64,000 bases of DNA, taken from the NCBI GenBank assembly GCA_963724295.1, contig CAVRUC010000008.1, positions 192,001 to 256,000 on the forward strand, read 5' to 3'. Below, one piece after another: positions 21,701 to 32,383 of this stretch. Under the pieces are notes generated by a model. It worked only from the letters and a program-made list of their open reading frames with translations, did not search any database and was not told where the DNA came from. Position 1 is the first letter of the stretch, and each line of letters starts with the position of its first letter. The stretch comes from an uncultured Chloroflexia bacterium (GTDB lineage: Bacteria > Chloroflexota > Chloroflexia > Thermomicrobiales > UBA6265). The position numbers and the translations under genes were made by a program.

Positions 21701-22557
21701 GCTGATTGGAACGGCTTGGGATCAAATCCTACCCAGTCAATGCCGGAGAGCTGTGCAAAGCGCCTGGCCATCACTTGCAGAGCCTCGGGATTCTGGTCGA
21801 TGAGAACGAACCGGCGTCCAGTTTGCTGACATGCCTCGCCTGTCGTCCCGCTTCCAGCGAAGAAATCCAGAACACAATCGCCCGGGTTTGAGGATGCCAG
21901 AATCATTCGCTTGAGTATCCCCAGGGGCTTCTGGGTGGGATACCCCGTCTTTTCTCTGCCGTTCGTAGCAACGATGGTGTGCCACCACGTATCTGTCGGC
22001 AGTTTGCCGCGCGCGGCTTTCTCCGGTCCTACCAGCCCCGGAGCCATATACGGAATGCGATCGACGTCGTCGTAGTTGAAGACATAGTCTTCCGGATTCT
22101 TGACAAAAACCAGGATCGTGTCGTGCTTCGGCGGCCATTTGTTCTTCGGGCGCCCTCCGTAGTCATAGGCCCAGATAATCTCGTTGAGAAAAGAGTCGCG
22201 ACCGAAAATTGCGTCGAGGAGCACTTTCACATAGTGCACCTCACGGTAATCGAGGTGGACATAGAGCGTCCCGTTCCAGGCCAGGATCCGGTGTGCTTCC
22301 ACGAGTCTTGGCTCCAGGAACCCTAGGTAATCGTCATAGGCATCCGAGAACGCTCTGCTGCCAATGGTCGTCGTCTGATATCGACGGCCCTGAAACCCGG
22401 TGCGATCGCCACTGTCCGATGCAACCGTGCTAACCTGCGTTCTGGCCTGGATTTTCCCGGTGTTGAACGGAGGGTCGATGTAGATCAGGTTGACGCTGGC
22501 GGACGGCATCCCCTGAAGCACATGCAGGTTGTCGGCAAAGATGATCTGATTCTGCAT
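21688..22557 (-). CDS. Site-specific DNA methyltransferase (N6-adenine/N4-cytosine, beta-class order); no cognate REase nearby
   Basis: IYIDPPF catalytic motif precedes YPTQKP and the LDFFAGSGTT SAM-binding motif. Confidence 0.92.
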   Translation of the reverse strand: MQNQIIFADNLHVLQGMPSASVNLIYIDPPFNTGKIQARTQVSTVASDSGDRTGFQGRRYQTTTIGSRAFSDAYDDYLGFLEPRLVEAHRILAWNGTLYVHLDYREVHYVKVLLDAIFGRDSFLNEIIWAYDYGGRPKNKWPPKHDTILVFVKNPEDYVFNYDDVDRIPYMAPGLVGPEKAARGKLPTDTWWHTIVATNGREKTGYPTQKPLGILKRMILASSNPGDCVLDFFAGSGTTGEACQQTGRRFVLIDQNPEALQVMARRFAQLSGIDWVGFDPKPFQSAVMG

Positions 22558-22578
22558 TCCACCAACCTTGCTCGAGAA

Positions 22579-23040
22579 TCAACGGCTGCCGAAGTCGAGC
22601 GCGCGGCGACCGGGCAAGCTCTCGTCGATTGACGAGAGCTCGACCAGCTCGCGAAAGAGCTCACGCAGGGCCGCTTCCGGGTCATCCGCCAATCCGGCGT
22701 GGACGGGCCCCGGTTGGACAACCGTGCTTGCCGGTGCGGAGAGCCAGCCAAACCGCTCGGCGGCTGGTAAGAGCGCGATCGCCCCGCCCGTGGGATCACC
22801 CGCCACTACCAGCCGGATGACCTCGAGCTGGCGCTCCACGGCATCGAGGTCGGGCTCGGGCCAGAGAGCGCGGAGCCGGTCCCTATCGAGCCGCGCCTGG
22901 ACGCCGAGGAACTTGCGCGGCCGCGAGTAGAGCACGACCCCGACATTGACGAACTCCTCCCGCTCGACCCGCGGTACCACCCGGATGGTGGTGTAGGCGA
23001 AGGGAGCGCGCGTTCCACCGCCGCCTTCAGGCTCCGGCAT
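22579..23040 (-). CDS. DUF3037 domain protein
   Basis: YTTIRVVPRVEREEFVNVGV and RFGWLSAPASTVVQ. Confidence 0.88.
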   Translation of the reverse strand: MPEPEGGGGTRAPFAYTTIRVVPRVEREEFVNVGVVLYSRPRKFLGVQARLDRDRLRALWPEPDLDAVERQLEVIRLVVAGDPTGGAIALLPAAERFGWLSAPASTVVQPGPVHAGLADDPEAALRELFRELVELSSIDESLPGRRALDFGSR

Positions 23041-23854
23041 GGCGGGCCTCCTCGGCCTCGTCGACCCAGACTCGCGGTCCAGTCAGGCGGCCGGCAAGGT
23101 GCGTCGTGTAGGCCTCCCGGTGCCGTTCCGGCGATGCAAAGGGAGGGATGCTCTCCAGGAGCGCATCGGGCACCGCGGCAACAACCTCCCGCATCAGATC
23201 CGGGTTCAGACGCGGCGCGAGTCGCGCGTCCGCCTCGCGGATCGACCCCGCGATCGGTAGCAGCACGTGATCCCGAATGACCGGGAAGCGCGCTCCGGCG
23301 TTCGCGGCAATGGCCTCGACGTCGTCTTTCCAGCCATGCTGGGTATAGATCGCGGCCCCATGATCGATCATCCACAGCTGCCGATGCCAGAGCAGGAGGT
23401 TCGGATTCCGCGGCGTACGATCGACGTTCGTCAGGAACGCATCGAACCAGACCACGTCCGCGGCAAGCTCCTCCGAGACACCCGAGCCAATGGGCGCACC
23501 CAACGGCAGGGAGCCGGGCAGATAGTCGATCCCGACGTTGAGACCGGCGCTCCGCTCCAGCAGCTCCTGAATCTCGGGGTCGGGCTCGGCCATGCCGAGG
23601 GCGGGATCGAGATCCACCAGGACGGTCTCGGGCACTGGCAGTTCGAGCAGGCGGCCGATCGCGGCCGCGATCAGCTCCGCGGTCAACGCTTTCGGTCCCT
23701 GCCCCGCGCCACGGAACTTGACGACATAGAGGCCGTCATCGTCCGCCTCCATGATGGCCGGTAACGACCCACCCTCGCGCAGGGGGGTCACGTAGCGAAG
23801 CGCTCGAACCGTTCTTGGAGGTGACCCATTCGATCTCGCCGGCATCGTATCCAT
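23027..23854 (-). CDS. HipA-like kinase (HipA_2-type)
   Basis: LREGGSLP, YVVKFRGAGQG, NVDRTPRNPNLL and IDHG. Confidence 0.88.
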   Translation of the reverse strand: MDTMPARSNGSPPRTVRALRYVTPLREGGSLPAIMEADDDGLYVVKFRGAGQGPKALTAELIAAAIGRLLELPVPETVLVDLDPALGMAEPDPEIQELLERSAGLNVGIDYLPGSLPLGAPIGSGVSEELAADVVWFDAFLTNVDRTPRNPNLLLWHRQLWMIDHGAAIYTQHGWKDDVEAIAANAGARFPVIRDHVLLPIAGSIREADARLAPRLNPDLMREVVAAVPDALLESIPPFASPERHREAYTTHLAGRLTGPRVWVDEAEEARHAGA

Positions 23855-24076
23855 CCAGACGAAGCACCCCGCGCCGCTGCAAACGGCCGGGGCACGGGCG
23901 CCCGATGATAGGGTCGAACGCGATAGCGAGTGTACCGAACAATCAGCATCTGCCCTCTGAAACAGGAACCGCCATCAGGACTCACGCGGTAAAAGGGCTA
24001 TTCCAGGACCAATGCGGGGAGGACAGGGCTTTCGCACGGTCATCGCTCTCATTACCGTAGGGCGTGGAGGGGTGGC

Positions 24077-24316
24077 ATGATGAAGCGGTTGATTTGCCTC
24101 GTGAACGGTCATCAACGGACTCTGATGCCTTTCACCAGCAACCGGTTCTCGTGTCGTCGCTGTGGGGCGGATCTGGGTCGCGACATCCCCGCGATGCCAC
24201 CTCCGCCCACCGCGGCCTTGCCACCGACACCACCCCGGACTCACGAAACGACCACCCGCGTTCCCAAGGCAGCGCCCGCTTCGCATCAGGAAGCTGGTAG
24301 CTCCTCGATAAGGTAG
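24077..24316 (+). CDS. Small Zn-ribbon protein (CxxxGH...CxxC)
   Basis: GGAGG SD. MMKRLICLVNGH...CRRCG followed by a Pro-rich tail. Confidence 0.6.
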   Translation: MMKRLICLVNGHQRTLMPFTSNRFSCRRCGADLGRDIPAMPPPPTAALPPTPPRTHETTTRVPKAAPASHQEAGSSSIR

Positions 24317-24819
24317 GCGCCGTCTCGTCCGGTCTGTTCTCTGGCCCGGATCACACGTTCAGTTGTGAGACCTCCCGAATCCTCTCGAACCTTTCCGCGC
24401 GAACCGACCCGGCGCGAACTGGGTCCGGAATAGCGTTGCTCCATGTCCAGGAGGAGCGGTTCTTTGAGCGCACGAGCGGCTCTCGGGCAGGCGGCCCGGC
24501 AAACAGAGGCTGTGACGTCATATTCGTTGGATAGGGTGGCTGAAGTAGCGGCAGATCTGTGAGGAGGAGGCGCGCGGCTGTATCCAACCGCGCGCCCAAC
24601 GCCTCGACAGGAACAGGGTGCCTCGCGTCGTGGCTGGCGACGCTGGGAGGCGGTCCGGTTCCTTTGCCCGCTTGAAAACCTCGCCGCGGGCTGGAGCGAA
24701 CTAAGATCGCCCCGGGAACGACCCCTGAGGAGGCCGCTCCGTCTCCGCATTGTAAAGACGCGTGCAGTGGCGGTAGGTCCCTATTGGATACCGTTATCCG
24801 CACGTTCGCGCCGGACGAG

Positions 24820-24965
24820 GGTGACGGGTGATGGGGTGATTACTCGCTGCGCTCGTGGTGAAGGGGACCCCAGGTGACTGGGGACTGGGGGATAGGAGAC
24901 GGCCTCTCGGTCTCCCTATCACCCGATGACCCTATCCACCCCATCACCCGCCACCCATCACCCAC
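24820..24965. repeat. Composite repeat, near-identical to the 11734 copy over ~49 nt
   Basis: TACTCGCTGCGCTCGTGGTGAAGGGGACCCCAGGTGACTGGGGACTGGG with GGGTGA/TCACCC arms. Confidence 0.8.
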
Positions 24966-24967
24966 GC

Positions 24968-25603
24968 CTAGATGAGCCCGCGCCGGATCGCCTCGGCGAC
25001 CGCATGCGCCCGGTCAAGCGCGCCCAGTTTCTGGAAGATGACCTGCAGCCGCTTTTTGACCGCGACCTCGGTACGGCCCGTGGCCAGACCGATCTCCCGG
25101 TTGGTGGAGCCTTTGCTCGCGAGACGCAGAATCTCCAGATCGTCGGCGGAGAGATCGCTCGTGCGCTGGGTTTGCTCCCGCGCCAGACCGCCGAACTCCA
25201 ACAGCACGCCGTCCAGCAGTTCCGGGCTGAGCTGCCGGCGCCCGCGGGCCGCGGAGCGGATGGCCGCGATCAGCTTCTCTGGCGCGGTGCTCTTGAGCAG
25301 GTAGCCGTCGGCGCCCGCTTCCAGCGCCTGCCGCACGTACGCCTGGTCCCCGTACGAGGTAAGGATGATGATGGCAACACGGTCATCCACGTCGCGCAAC
25401 TGCCGCGTCGCCTGCACGCCGCTGGCGCCTGGCATCCGCAGATCGAGCAATACGACGTCGGGATGGAGGGCGCGGGTCTTCTCGATCGCGCCGGAGGCGT
25501 CGTGCGCTTCGCCGGTGACGGTCAGGTCACCGGCCGTCGCCAGCACCTTGCGCAGACCTTCGATCACGACCGGATGGTCGTCGACCAGGAGCACCGAGAT
25601 CAC
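24968..25603 (-). CDS. NarL/LuxR-family response regulator
   Basis: VDDHPVV, LLDLRMP and GYLLK, followed by a C-terminal HTH. Confidence 0.95.
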   Translation of the reverse strand: MISVLLVDDHPVVIEGLRKVLATAGDLTVTGEAHDASGAIEKTRALHPDVVLLDLRMPGASGVQATRQLRDVDDRVAIIILTSYGDQAYVRQALEAGADGYLLKSTAPEKLIAAIRSAARGRRQLSPELLDGVLLEFGGLAREQTQRTSDLSADDLEILRLASKGSTNREIGLATGRTEVAVKKRLQVIFQKLGALDRAHAVAEAIRRGLI

Positions 25604-27441
25604 GCGGAAATCCGTTTCGGCACGCTAGCCTCCAGCTCCGGCATGTCTCCATCCGGCTCCAGCTCCGGCACGGTGGTAAGCTCGAGATCGATCGGCCGCT
25701 CGATCATGACGGTCGTCCCGTCACCGGGTCGCGACATCACCGCGAACGCTGCCCCAATAGCCGCGGCGCGCTCGCGCATGCTGAGCAATCCCAGCGCCGT
25801 CGGCCGCGCCGTGTGTTGCGGATTGAATCCGGCGCCGTTGTCACGGATCGTCACGCGCAGCACGTCGTCGATGACCTCGAAGCGAACGACCGCCTCGTCC
25901 GCGGCGGCATGGCGCAGGGCATTGTGCAGCGCCTCCTGCACGATGCGGTAGATCGCCAGCCGCACTTCGGGTGTCAGCGGCGGCAACTCCTCCTCCGCTT
26001 CGAGCTGGACGTTGAGGCCAGAGCGCTGCACCTGCCCGATGTAGCGCTCGATGGCCGCCACGACGCCGATATCGTCGAGATCGGGCGGGCGGAGCGCGAA
26101 GATCACACCGTGCAGCTCTTCCATGGCCTTGGAGAGGAGCTCGCCGATGCTGTCCAGGGTCGAATCACGACGCGCGGCGGAGCGTCCGGGATCGTCCGGA
26201 GTACCCAGCCGCAACGCGCGCGCCTGGTAAAGCGCTCCGGTAATCAAGGGAGACACGGCGTCGTGGATCTCGCCGGCTATTCGCCGCCGCTCGTCCTCCT
26301 GGAGACGAACGGTGCGCCGGTTCAAATCGCGCAGTTGCCCAGCCTGGGCAGTGCCCGCCTCTCTCGCCTGCTCCAGATCGCGGACTTGCTCGCCCAGTTG
26401 CAGGGCTGTGGCATCCAGGGCCGCGCTGAGATCCGCGATCTCGCTGCTTCCCGTCTGGACCAGCTCTCGCGGGCTGAAGTCCCCATGGGCCAGTGCTTCC
26501 GCCTGTAAACGCAGCTCGCGCAACGGCCGCGCCAGCAATTCGGCGGCGAGTGCGCCCAGCGCCAGGGTCCCCAGCGCTGCCGCGACCACAGCCGCGATGG
26601 AGCGCGTGACCATGGCCTGATTTGGGGCGTACGCGGCGGGCGATGGATGCGTTACCAGCACTCCCCATGTCGATCCCGGCACCGGGGCGTAGACGGCGAA
26701 CCGCTCCTTGCCGTTCTGATCCACATAGACGTGAGCTCCCGGGCCACTCGTCGATAGCGACGGGACCGTCGTCGAGGCCAGCGTGTTCACGGCCGGATCG
26801 GCGCCCTGGGTGGCGACGACCTGCCCATCCGCCACCACCGCGATCAGGGTGTCGCCACGAGCGAAGGGAAGCACAGCCGCGCCGAGCCGCTCGACCGAAA
26901 GCAGGGAGCCGATCACGCCGATCGGCTCCCCCTCTGCCTGGTCCTTGTCCCGTACCGGCATGGTGAGAGCGATCACTCGCGCGTCGGGAGCCGTCAGGGC
27001 ATTCGAGACGCCCGGTTCCCCCAGCTTGAGCGACCGGTCGACGGCATCGCTGAACGCCGAATGCGACTGGAACTGTGTCGGATCGAGCCCGGTGCTGGCG
27101 ACCGGGTTGCCTTGCGGACCCAGCACAAAGAGCCCGTAGAGATTCGGGTGCGCGCGGCTGAACTGATCGAGTGCGTCTTTGGCCGATCCCGGCTCCATGC
27201 GACGCACGCGGTCGATACTCGCCAGCTCTTGCAGCACCTTCTGGTTGTCAGAGAGCGTCGTCCCCAGCACGCTGGCGACGACCTCGGCGGTCGCGGCCTG
27301 GGCGTCGAGAACCTGATCGCGACCGGCATTGGCCGTCTCGGCAATGATCACCGCGATCACGACGAGCAGCGGCAGCATGCAAGCGGCCGCAAACAGGATC
27401 AGACGATTCCTTAACGAAAGACGTCGCGGCAAATCCCTCAC
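25600..27441 (-). CDS. Sensor histidine kinase (Cache-HAMP-HisKA_3-HATPase)
   Basis: Two TMs, ERRRIAGEIHD, QEALHNALRHA and DNGAGF. Overlaps the regulator gene by 4 nt. Confidence 0.93.
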   Translation of the reverse strand: MRDLPRRLSLRNRLILFAAACMLPLLVVIAVIIAETANAGRDQVLDAQAATAEVVASVLGTTLSDNQKVLQELASIDRVRRMEPGSAKDALDQFSRAHPNLYGLFVLGPQGNPVASTGLDPTQFQSHSAFSDAVDRSLKLGEPGVSNALTAPDARVIALTMPVRDKDQAEGEPIGVIGSLLSVERLGAAVLPFARGDTLIAVVADGQVVATQGADPAVNTLASTTVPSLSTSGPGAHVYVDQNGKERFAVYAPVPGSTWGVLVTHPSPAAYAPNQAMVTRSIAAVVAAALGTLALGALAAELLARPLRELRLQAEALAHGDFSPRELVQTGSSEIADLSAALDATALQLGEQVRDLEQAREAGTAQAGQLRDLNRRTVRLQEDERRRIAGEIHDAVSPLITGALYQARALRLGTPDDPGRSAARRDSTLDSIGELLSKAMEELHGVIFALRPPDLDDIGVVAAIERYIGQVQRSGLNVQLEAEEELPPLTPEVRLAIYRIVQEALHNALRHAAADEAVVRFEVIDDVLRVTIRDNGAGFNPQHTARPTALGLLSMRERAAAIGAAFAVMSRPGDGTTVMIERPIDLELTTVPELEPDGDMPELEASVPKRISA

Positions 27442-27591
27442 TCCGTGGGCGGCCGGCGTTTAGGGTGACGGCTAATGATCGGTTACCGGGAGATTGCCGA
27501 AAGTACCCATTCGATCCCTTCCCTGGTCCCATACGTACCCGCTCGTGCCCCCGTTTCGCGGGCTTTGCCCAGATTTACGTCGGATTTCGGC

Positions 27592-28503
27592 TTACGGGTT
27601 GGTTCGCGACCGACCGTCATCGCGCCGGGAATCAATCCAGTGCAGAATGCGGTCGGTGTATGTCGTCGCGTTCGGATCGAAATGACTTCCCGCTCGCGAC
27701 ACGTACGGCTTGGCCACCCGGCGCAGGAAGCGGAGCAACCCCTCTTCCCGGATTGCAGCGAGCGCGTCCCGATAGAAGTCGAAGATATGGACGTTGCCCA
27801 TCTCTACGCCGGCTTTCGCCGCCGCCAGACCGAGCGCGGCCGAGACATCGGTCAGCGACCGCCCTTCCCGCTGCGCGGTCGCTTGTATCTCCCGGAAGAG
27901 CGTGGCCAGCTCCTGGGCCGGGGGGAGATCGCTCGCCTGGCGGCGCAGGGCATCGAACGAGGCGCGAGCTTCCCGCAACGACATCGGTGGAACATCGATC
28001 GCATCCGCCAGGACCCCGGAGCCGGTCTCCAGGCGGCTCAGGAGATCTTCGTAGGACGCGACGTCCGTGTCCCGCGGCAGATGACCAGCCGCTTCCAGCT
28101 CGCCGACCAGTGCTCGCAGGTAGGCCTTCGACCCACCCATGACATCGGACGCGGCCGCCAGCACCCACAATGGTGAGAAGCCGACAGCGAAGATGCTGGC
28201 AACCTCCAGCACGTTGCCGGTGAACTTGCGCGCGGCCAGCTCCTGGACCGGGGTCGCCTCGTCCAGATAGATGTCGCGCACATCGCCGATCCACTCGATC
28301 AGGATGCGCAGCAGGCGATCGACGGTCACCTGATAGAGCTTGGACTTCCGTAGCGCCCGCGGCAGGGCGACATTGCTCGTCTCGTAGACCGCGCCGGCCA
28401 CGACCGCGATCGCGGCGCGCGTCATGCGCTCCGGTAGGGACATGATGTAGCGGGGGATCCGCCGCGGGGGAGCAACGGGTGAGTTCGCATTTGGGTCACG
28501 CAT
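27592..28503 (-). CDS. Hypothetical protein
   Basis: Long GC3-biased ORF (SLPER...FSPLWVLAAASD...). Confidence 0.7.
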   Translation of the reverse strand: MRDPNANSPVAPPRRIPRYIMSLPERMTRAAIAVVAGAVYETSNVALPRALRKSKLYQVTVDRLLRILIEWIGDVRDIYLDEATPVQELAARKFTGNVLEVASIFAVGFSPLWVLAAASDVMGGSKAYLRALVGELEAAGHLPRDTDVASYEDLLSRLETGSGVLADAIDVPPMSLREARASFDALRRQASDLPPAQELATLFREIQATAQREGRSLTDVSAALGLAAAKAGVEMGNVHIFDFYRDALAAIREEGLLRFLRRVAKPYVSRAGSHFDPNATTYTDRILHWIDSRRDDGRSRTNP

Positions 28504-28723
28504 GTTCCGCTCTGTCGCCATGAGACGAACGATACGAGCGAGGACGCGAGACGTCGAGACTTCGGGAATGCGAAAGCGGGCGCAACAGAGGTTGCCACTT
28601 GGCGATTTTGCAGACTGCAGAGCCTGGTCGCTGGCCCTCGAGGCGCCCTGGAACGGATATCGTTGCTGCCGTGAAGAGGAATCTTCATCAAGCGCGGAGA
28701 CACAGGAGGCACCCGAACCAACC

Positions 28724-29245
28724 ATGACGAGCGATCTCTGGCTGGAGCGAGTGGACCCCGGTCCTGAGCGGGAGTTGCACCTGCCGCTTCTGCTCCTGGC
28801 TGATGAGCCGCAGCCCCTGCGAGGCTATCTACAGGACGGGACTCTTTACGTCTTGCATGCCGATAACGGAGGCTCGATCGGGGTGACCCATGTGGTGACC
28901 TACGACGCAGACCCCGAGACCGTCGAATTGAAGGCAGTGGCTATCGCACAGACCCGGCACAACCAGGGACTTGGGCGCCGGATGCTGGCCATGGTGATGG
29001 ATGATCTCCGGTCGCGGGGCACGCGACGAGTCGTCGTCGGCACGAGTAACGCCGGCATCGGTGAGATGGCGTTCTACCAGAAAGCGGGGTTCCGTCTCTG
29101 GCGCATCGAGCGCGATTACTTCACCGCCGAAAAGGGCTATGACCCCAATGACCGCCATAACGGGCTGCCGCACCGGGACATGGTGTGGTTCGATCAGGAC
29201 TTGACGCCAGCTAGCAGCGGCGCCAGCAACCAACATGAGCGATGA
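28724..29245 (+). CDS. GNAT N-acetyltransferase
   Basis: HNQGLGRRML, VGTSNA and FYQKAGF. AGGAGG SD. Confidence 0.88.
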   Translation: MTSDLWLERVDPGPERELHLPLLLLADEPQPLRGYLQDGTLYVLHADNGGSIGVTHVVTYDADPETVELKAVAIAQTRHNQGLGRRMLAMVMDDLRSRGTRRVVVGTSNAGIGEMAFYQKAGFRLWRIERDYFTAEKGYDPNDRHNGLPHRDMVWFDQDLTPASSGASNQHER

Positions 29246-29318
29246 TATCGAACTGATTGCAACCACAATGAGTGGAACATCGTCACCACCGCAGGTGACC
29301 CGAGAGGAGCCCGTACGC

Positions 29319-30306
29319 ATGGCCGTCAAGACCCGTGGCTCAGAAACGAGCGTTACGCCCGTTGTCCAGCAGGGGCGCTGGCCGGAGAGCACGCGCCCGA
29401 TGAGCCTGGGTCTGATGCTGCCCACCGCCGAACAGAACGCGGTCGCCAACGACTCGCCGGTCGATGGCTTCTGGGACACCGTGGCCATGGCCAGACTCGC
29501 CGTCGAGATCGGGTTCGACATGCTCTGGCTGCCAGATCACTTCATGCTCAAGCTGGAGCGGCATGGCGGTCAAGCGCGCGGTGTGTGGGAGTGCTGGACG
29601 ACAACCGCGGGTATCGCGGCCGCGCTGCCAGGGATTCCCATCGGGACGATGGTGGCCTGTACCGCGTTCCACAACCCCGGCTCCATCGCCAAGATGGCCG
29701 AGACCATCGATGACATCAGCCGCGGCAACTTCGTGCTCGGGCTCGGCTGCGGCTGGCACGCTGACGAGTACCACATGGTACGGACTCCCCTTCGATCACC
29801 GCGTCGATCGGTTCGAGGAGGCGCTCCAGATCATCTCGCCACTGGTGCGGACGGGTCGCGCCACGTTCGAGGGCGAGTACTACCAGGCGCGCGACGCGAT
29901 CAACTTTCCGCGAGGTCCGCGCTGGCGCGAGGGCGGTCCTCCCATGCTGTTCGGCGCCAACAAGCCGCGCATGATGCGTCTTACCGCGCTGTACGCCGAC
30001 GCCTGGAACGCGGACTGGCAGGACAATGCGCAGATCGTGGCCGAGCGCATGACGCTGCTCGACGAGGCGTGTCTCGAGGTTGGCCGGGAGCCGTCCGGCC
30101 TGGTTCGCACCGGCGGCAGTCAGTTCGCCATGGCCGGGTGCCAGGATCGCTGGTACCCGATCCGCGGCAGTGTCGACGAGATGGCCGCGGCGATGCATTC
30201 GTTCCGGGATGTGGGACTGGTCCACTACCTCTGCGCTCCGGATCCGTGCACGATGGAGACGCTGCAGGATTTCGCGAAGGTGATCGAGGCGTACGACCGG
30301 GGGTAG
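29319..30306 (+). CDS. LLM-class flavin-dependent oxidoreductase; frameshift ~29777
   Basis: WLPDHF and LGLGCGW in frame 1. GLPFDHRVDRFEEAL and ADAWN in frame 2. Confidence 0.88.
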
Positions 30307-30356
30307 CAATCCCGGGAGCCAATCAGTGCATCTTGACCGAACGGGGAGCGAGAAGC

Positions 30357-30905
30357 ATGTCAACTCTGCCCATCGAGACCGAACGACTGCGGATTCGCCA
30401 CTTCAACCCCGAGGACTGGCACGCCGTCCATACCTACACCAGTGATGCCGGCGTGATGACCTACGTGCCGGAAGGCGTGATGACGGAGGAGCAGACCAAA
30501 CAATTCATTGCCGAGGGCATGGCCGAGGACGCGCGGACCTATGCCGTCGACCTCCTGGCGGAGGATCGACTCATCGGGCACGTGGGGTTTCATCCCTGGT
30601 TCGCCCCCCGCATCTACGAGCTCGGCTGGGTCTTTCACCCCCGATATCACCGGCAGGGGTACGCGACCGAGGCCGCTGCGGCCCTGCTTCGATACGGGTT
30701 CGAATCGCTCTCGGTCCACCGCGTGATCGCGACTTGTCAGCCGGAGAACCGACCGTCCTGGCGGGTGATGGAAAAGCTCGGCATGCAGCGGGAAGGTCAT
30801 CTCCGGAAATGCATCTATCGTGACGAGACGACCTGGTGGGACGAGTACTTCTACGCAATTCTGGAGGATGAGTGGTTCGGCGCAGTCGTAAGTCGTAAGT
30901 CGTGA
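30357..30905 (+). CDS. RimJ/RimL-type GNAT acetyltransferase
   Basis: IETERLRIR, QGYATEAA and SWRVMEKLGM. Confidence 0.9.
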   Translation: MSTLPIETERLRIRHFNPEDWHAVHTYTSDAGVMTYVPEGVMTEEQTKQFIAEGMAEDARTYAVDLLAEDRLIGHVGFHPWFAPRIYELGWVFHPRYHRQGYATEAAAALLRYGFESLSVHRVIATCQPENRPSWRVMEKLGMQREGHLRKCIYRDETTWWDEYFYAILEDEWFGAVVSRKS

Positions 30906-31091
30906 GTCGATGAGAAGCCGCGATCCATTTGCGAATAGCCGCCGTCGTGTCATTCCAACGAACTGCAAGTTGCAGGAGGAATCTCGTCGTGCTGTGTCCA
31001 TGGCACGGGCGGGGCGAGAATCCGCTTCCCTCGTCATACCACCGTTTCTGTGTCTCACTACTCAGTGCGATCCAGTTGACTTGACGCTGTC

Positions 31092-32174
31092 ATGAGCGAG
31101 AGATACCGCTGTCTGATGCTCGGCGCGGGCGCCATGGGCTCGCGCTGGATTCGCGACGTCTGGCAGCCATTTGGCGATCGGATGGTGTTCACGGGGCTGG
31201 TCGACCCCATCCCGTCTGCGTTGCGTGAGGCAGGCGATTGGCTCGGTCTGCCACCCACCGCCCGCTTCGCCGATGCCCGCGAGGCGTTCGCCAGGATCGA
31301 TGCGGACTTCTGCTGCATCGTCACACCACCGGCGCATCACCGGGAGGCGGTCGAGCTGGCCTGCGCCCGCGGCATGGACATTCTGTCGGAGAAACCGATC
31401 GCCGATACGCCGCGGGCATGTGCCGCCATCGCGCGAGTCGTGAAGGCGGCTGGCGTGCGGATGATGGTCACGCAGAACTATCGCTACACGCGCCGCATCC
31501 TGACGCTCAAGCAAGCCCTCGCGGAGCTTGGCGCGGTCAATTACGCGGTGGCGCGCTATGCGTCGGACTATCGGGAACGCGGCGCCTGGGGGATGTTCCG
31601 GCACGAGATGCGACACGGATTGTTGATCGAGGGCGGCATCCACCACCTCGACCAGTTGCGAAACCTCTGCGGCGCGGACTGCCAGACCATCGCCGGCTGG
31701 GACTGGAACCCGGGTCATGTCCGTGGTGATACCGCGGCGTGGCGGAGCAGCGATGCATTTGACGGCGAGGCCAGCGCGCTCCTCGTCCTGCGCATGACGA
31801 ACGGGAGCTTCGCCACCTACGAAGGCAACAACCTGGCGACCGGCAAGACCAACTCCTGGTACGGCGAGTATTACCGCCTCGAGTGCGAAGGCGGCGCGGC
31901 CGTCCTTGATCGGGATCACACCGTGCGCATCGAGGAGCGGAGCCCGGCAGGAACGCTGCAGACGCGCGAAGTGCCTCCGGTCGAAGTTGTCTGGGAAGGT
32001 CACCAGGCGGTCGCGGCCCAGTTCCTGGACTGGCTCGACGGCGGTCCACCACCGGCGACGACTCTCACCGACAACCTGCAGTCGACCGCCATGCTCTTTG
32101 CCGCGATTCAGGCCTCGGAGACTGGCATGACCGTCGATGTCCAGGAGATCGCGAGCGAACTGGCGGGAGCCTGA
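31092..32174 (+). CDS. Gfo/Idh/MocA oxidoreductase
   Basis: GAGAMG, EKP and GIHHLD. Confidence 0.92.
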   Translation: MSERYRCLMLGAGAMGSRWIRDVWQPFGDRMVFTGLVDPIPSALREAGDWLGLPPTARFADAREAFARIDADFCCIVTPPAHHREAVELACARGMDILSEKPIADTPRACAAIARVVKAAGVRMMVTQNYRYTRRILTLKQALAELGAVNYAVARYASDYRERGAWGMFRHEMRHGLLIEGGIHHLDQLRNLCGADCQTIAGWDWNPGHVRGDTAAWRSSDAFDGEASALLVLRMTNGSFATYEGNNLATGKTNSWYGEYYRLECEGGAAVLDRDHTVRIEERSPAGTLQTREVPPVEVVWEGHQAVAAQFLDWLDGGPPPATTLTDNLQSTAMLFAAIQASETGMTVDVQEIASELAGA

Positions 32175-32383
32175 CTGTTCAATTGCCTTATCTTGTCGCT
32201 AAGTCTCAATCCCTCGCCCTAGCCGATGCTCGAGCCGCGTCACGACTGTCGTGGCAGCATGTTCGTTCTCACACGATTGTCACTTCTCTTTCCACAGTGT
32301 CTGCTAACAGCTAACCTCCGGTCGATTTTCAACGGCAGTCTCACACCCCTCGATTCCGTGATGGGCTAATCCTCAGTTCGGAG

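Noticed and set aside
24286..24803. Two overlapping ~150-aa minus-strand ORFs
   Set aside because: No recognisable motif and weak codon bias. They could be a degraded or frameshifted gene, but I cannot support a call.
29235..30905. 556-aa ORF that looks like an LLM-GNAT fusion
   Set aside because: Artefact of the frameshift at ~29777. The LLM C-terminus is in another frame ending at 30306, and the GNAT has its own start at 30357.
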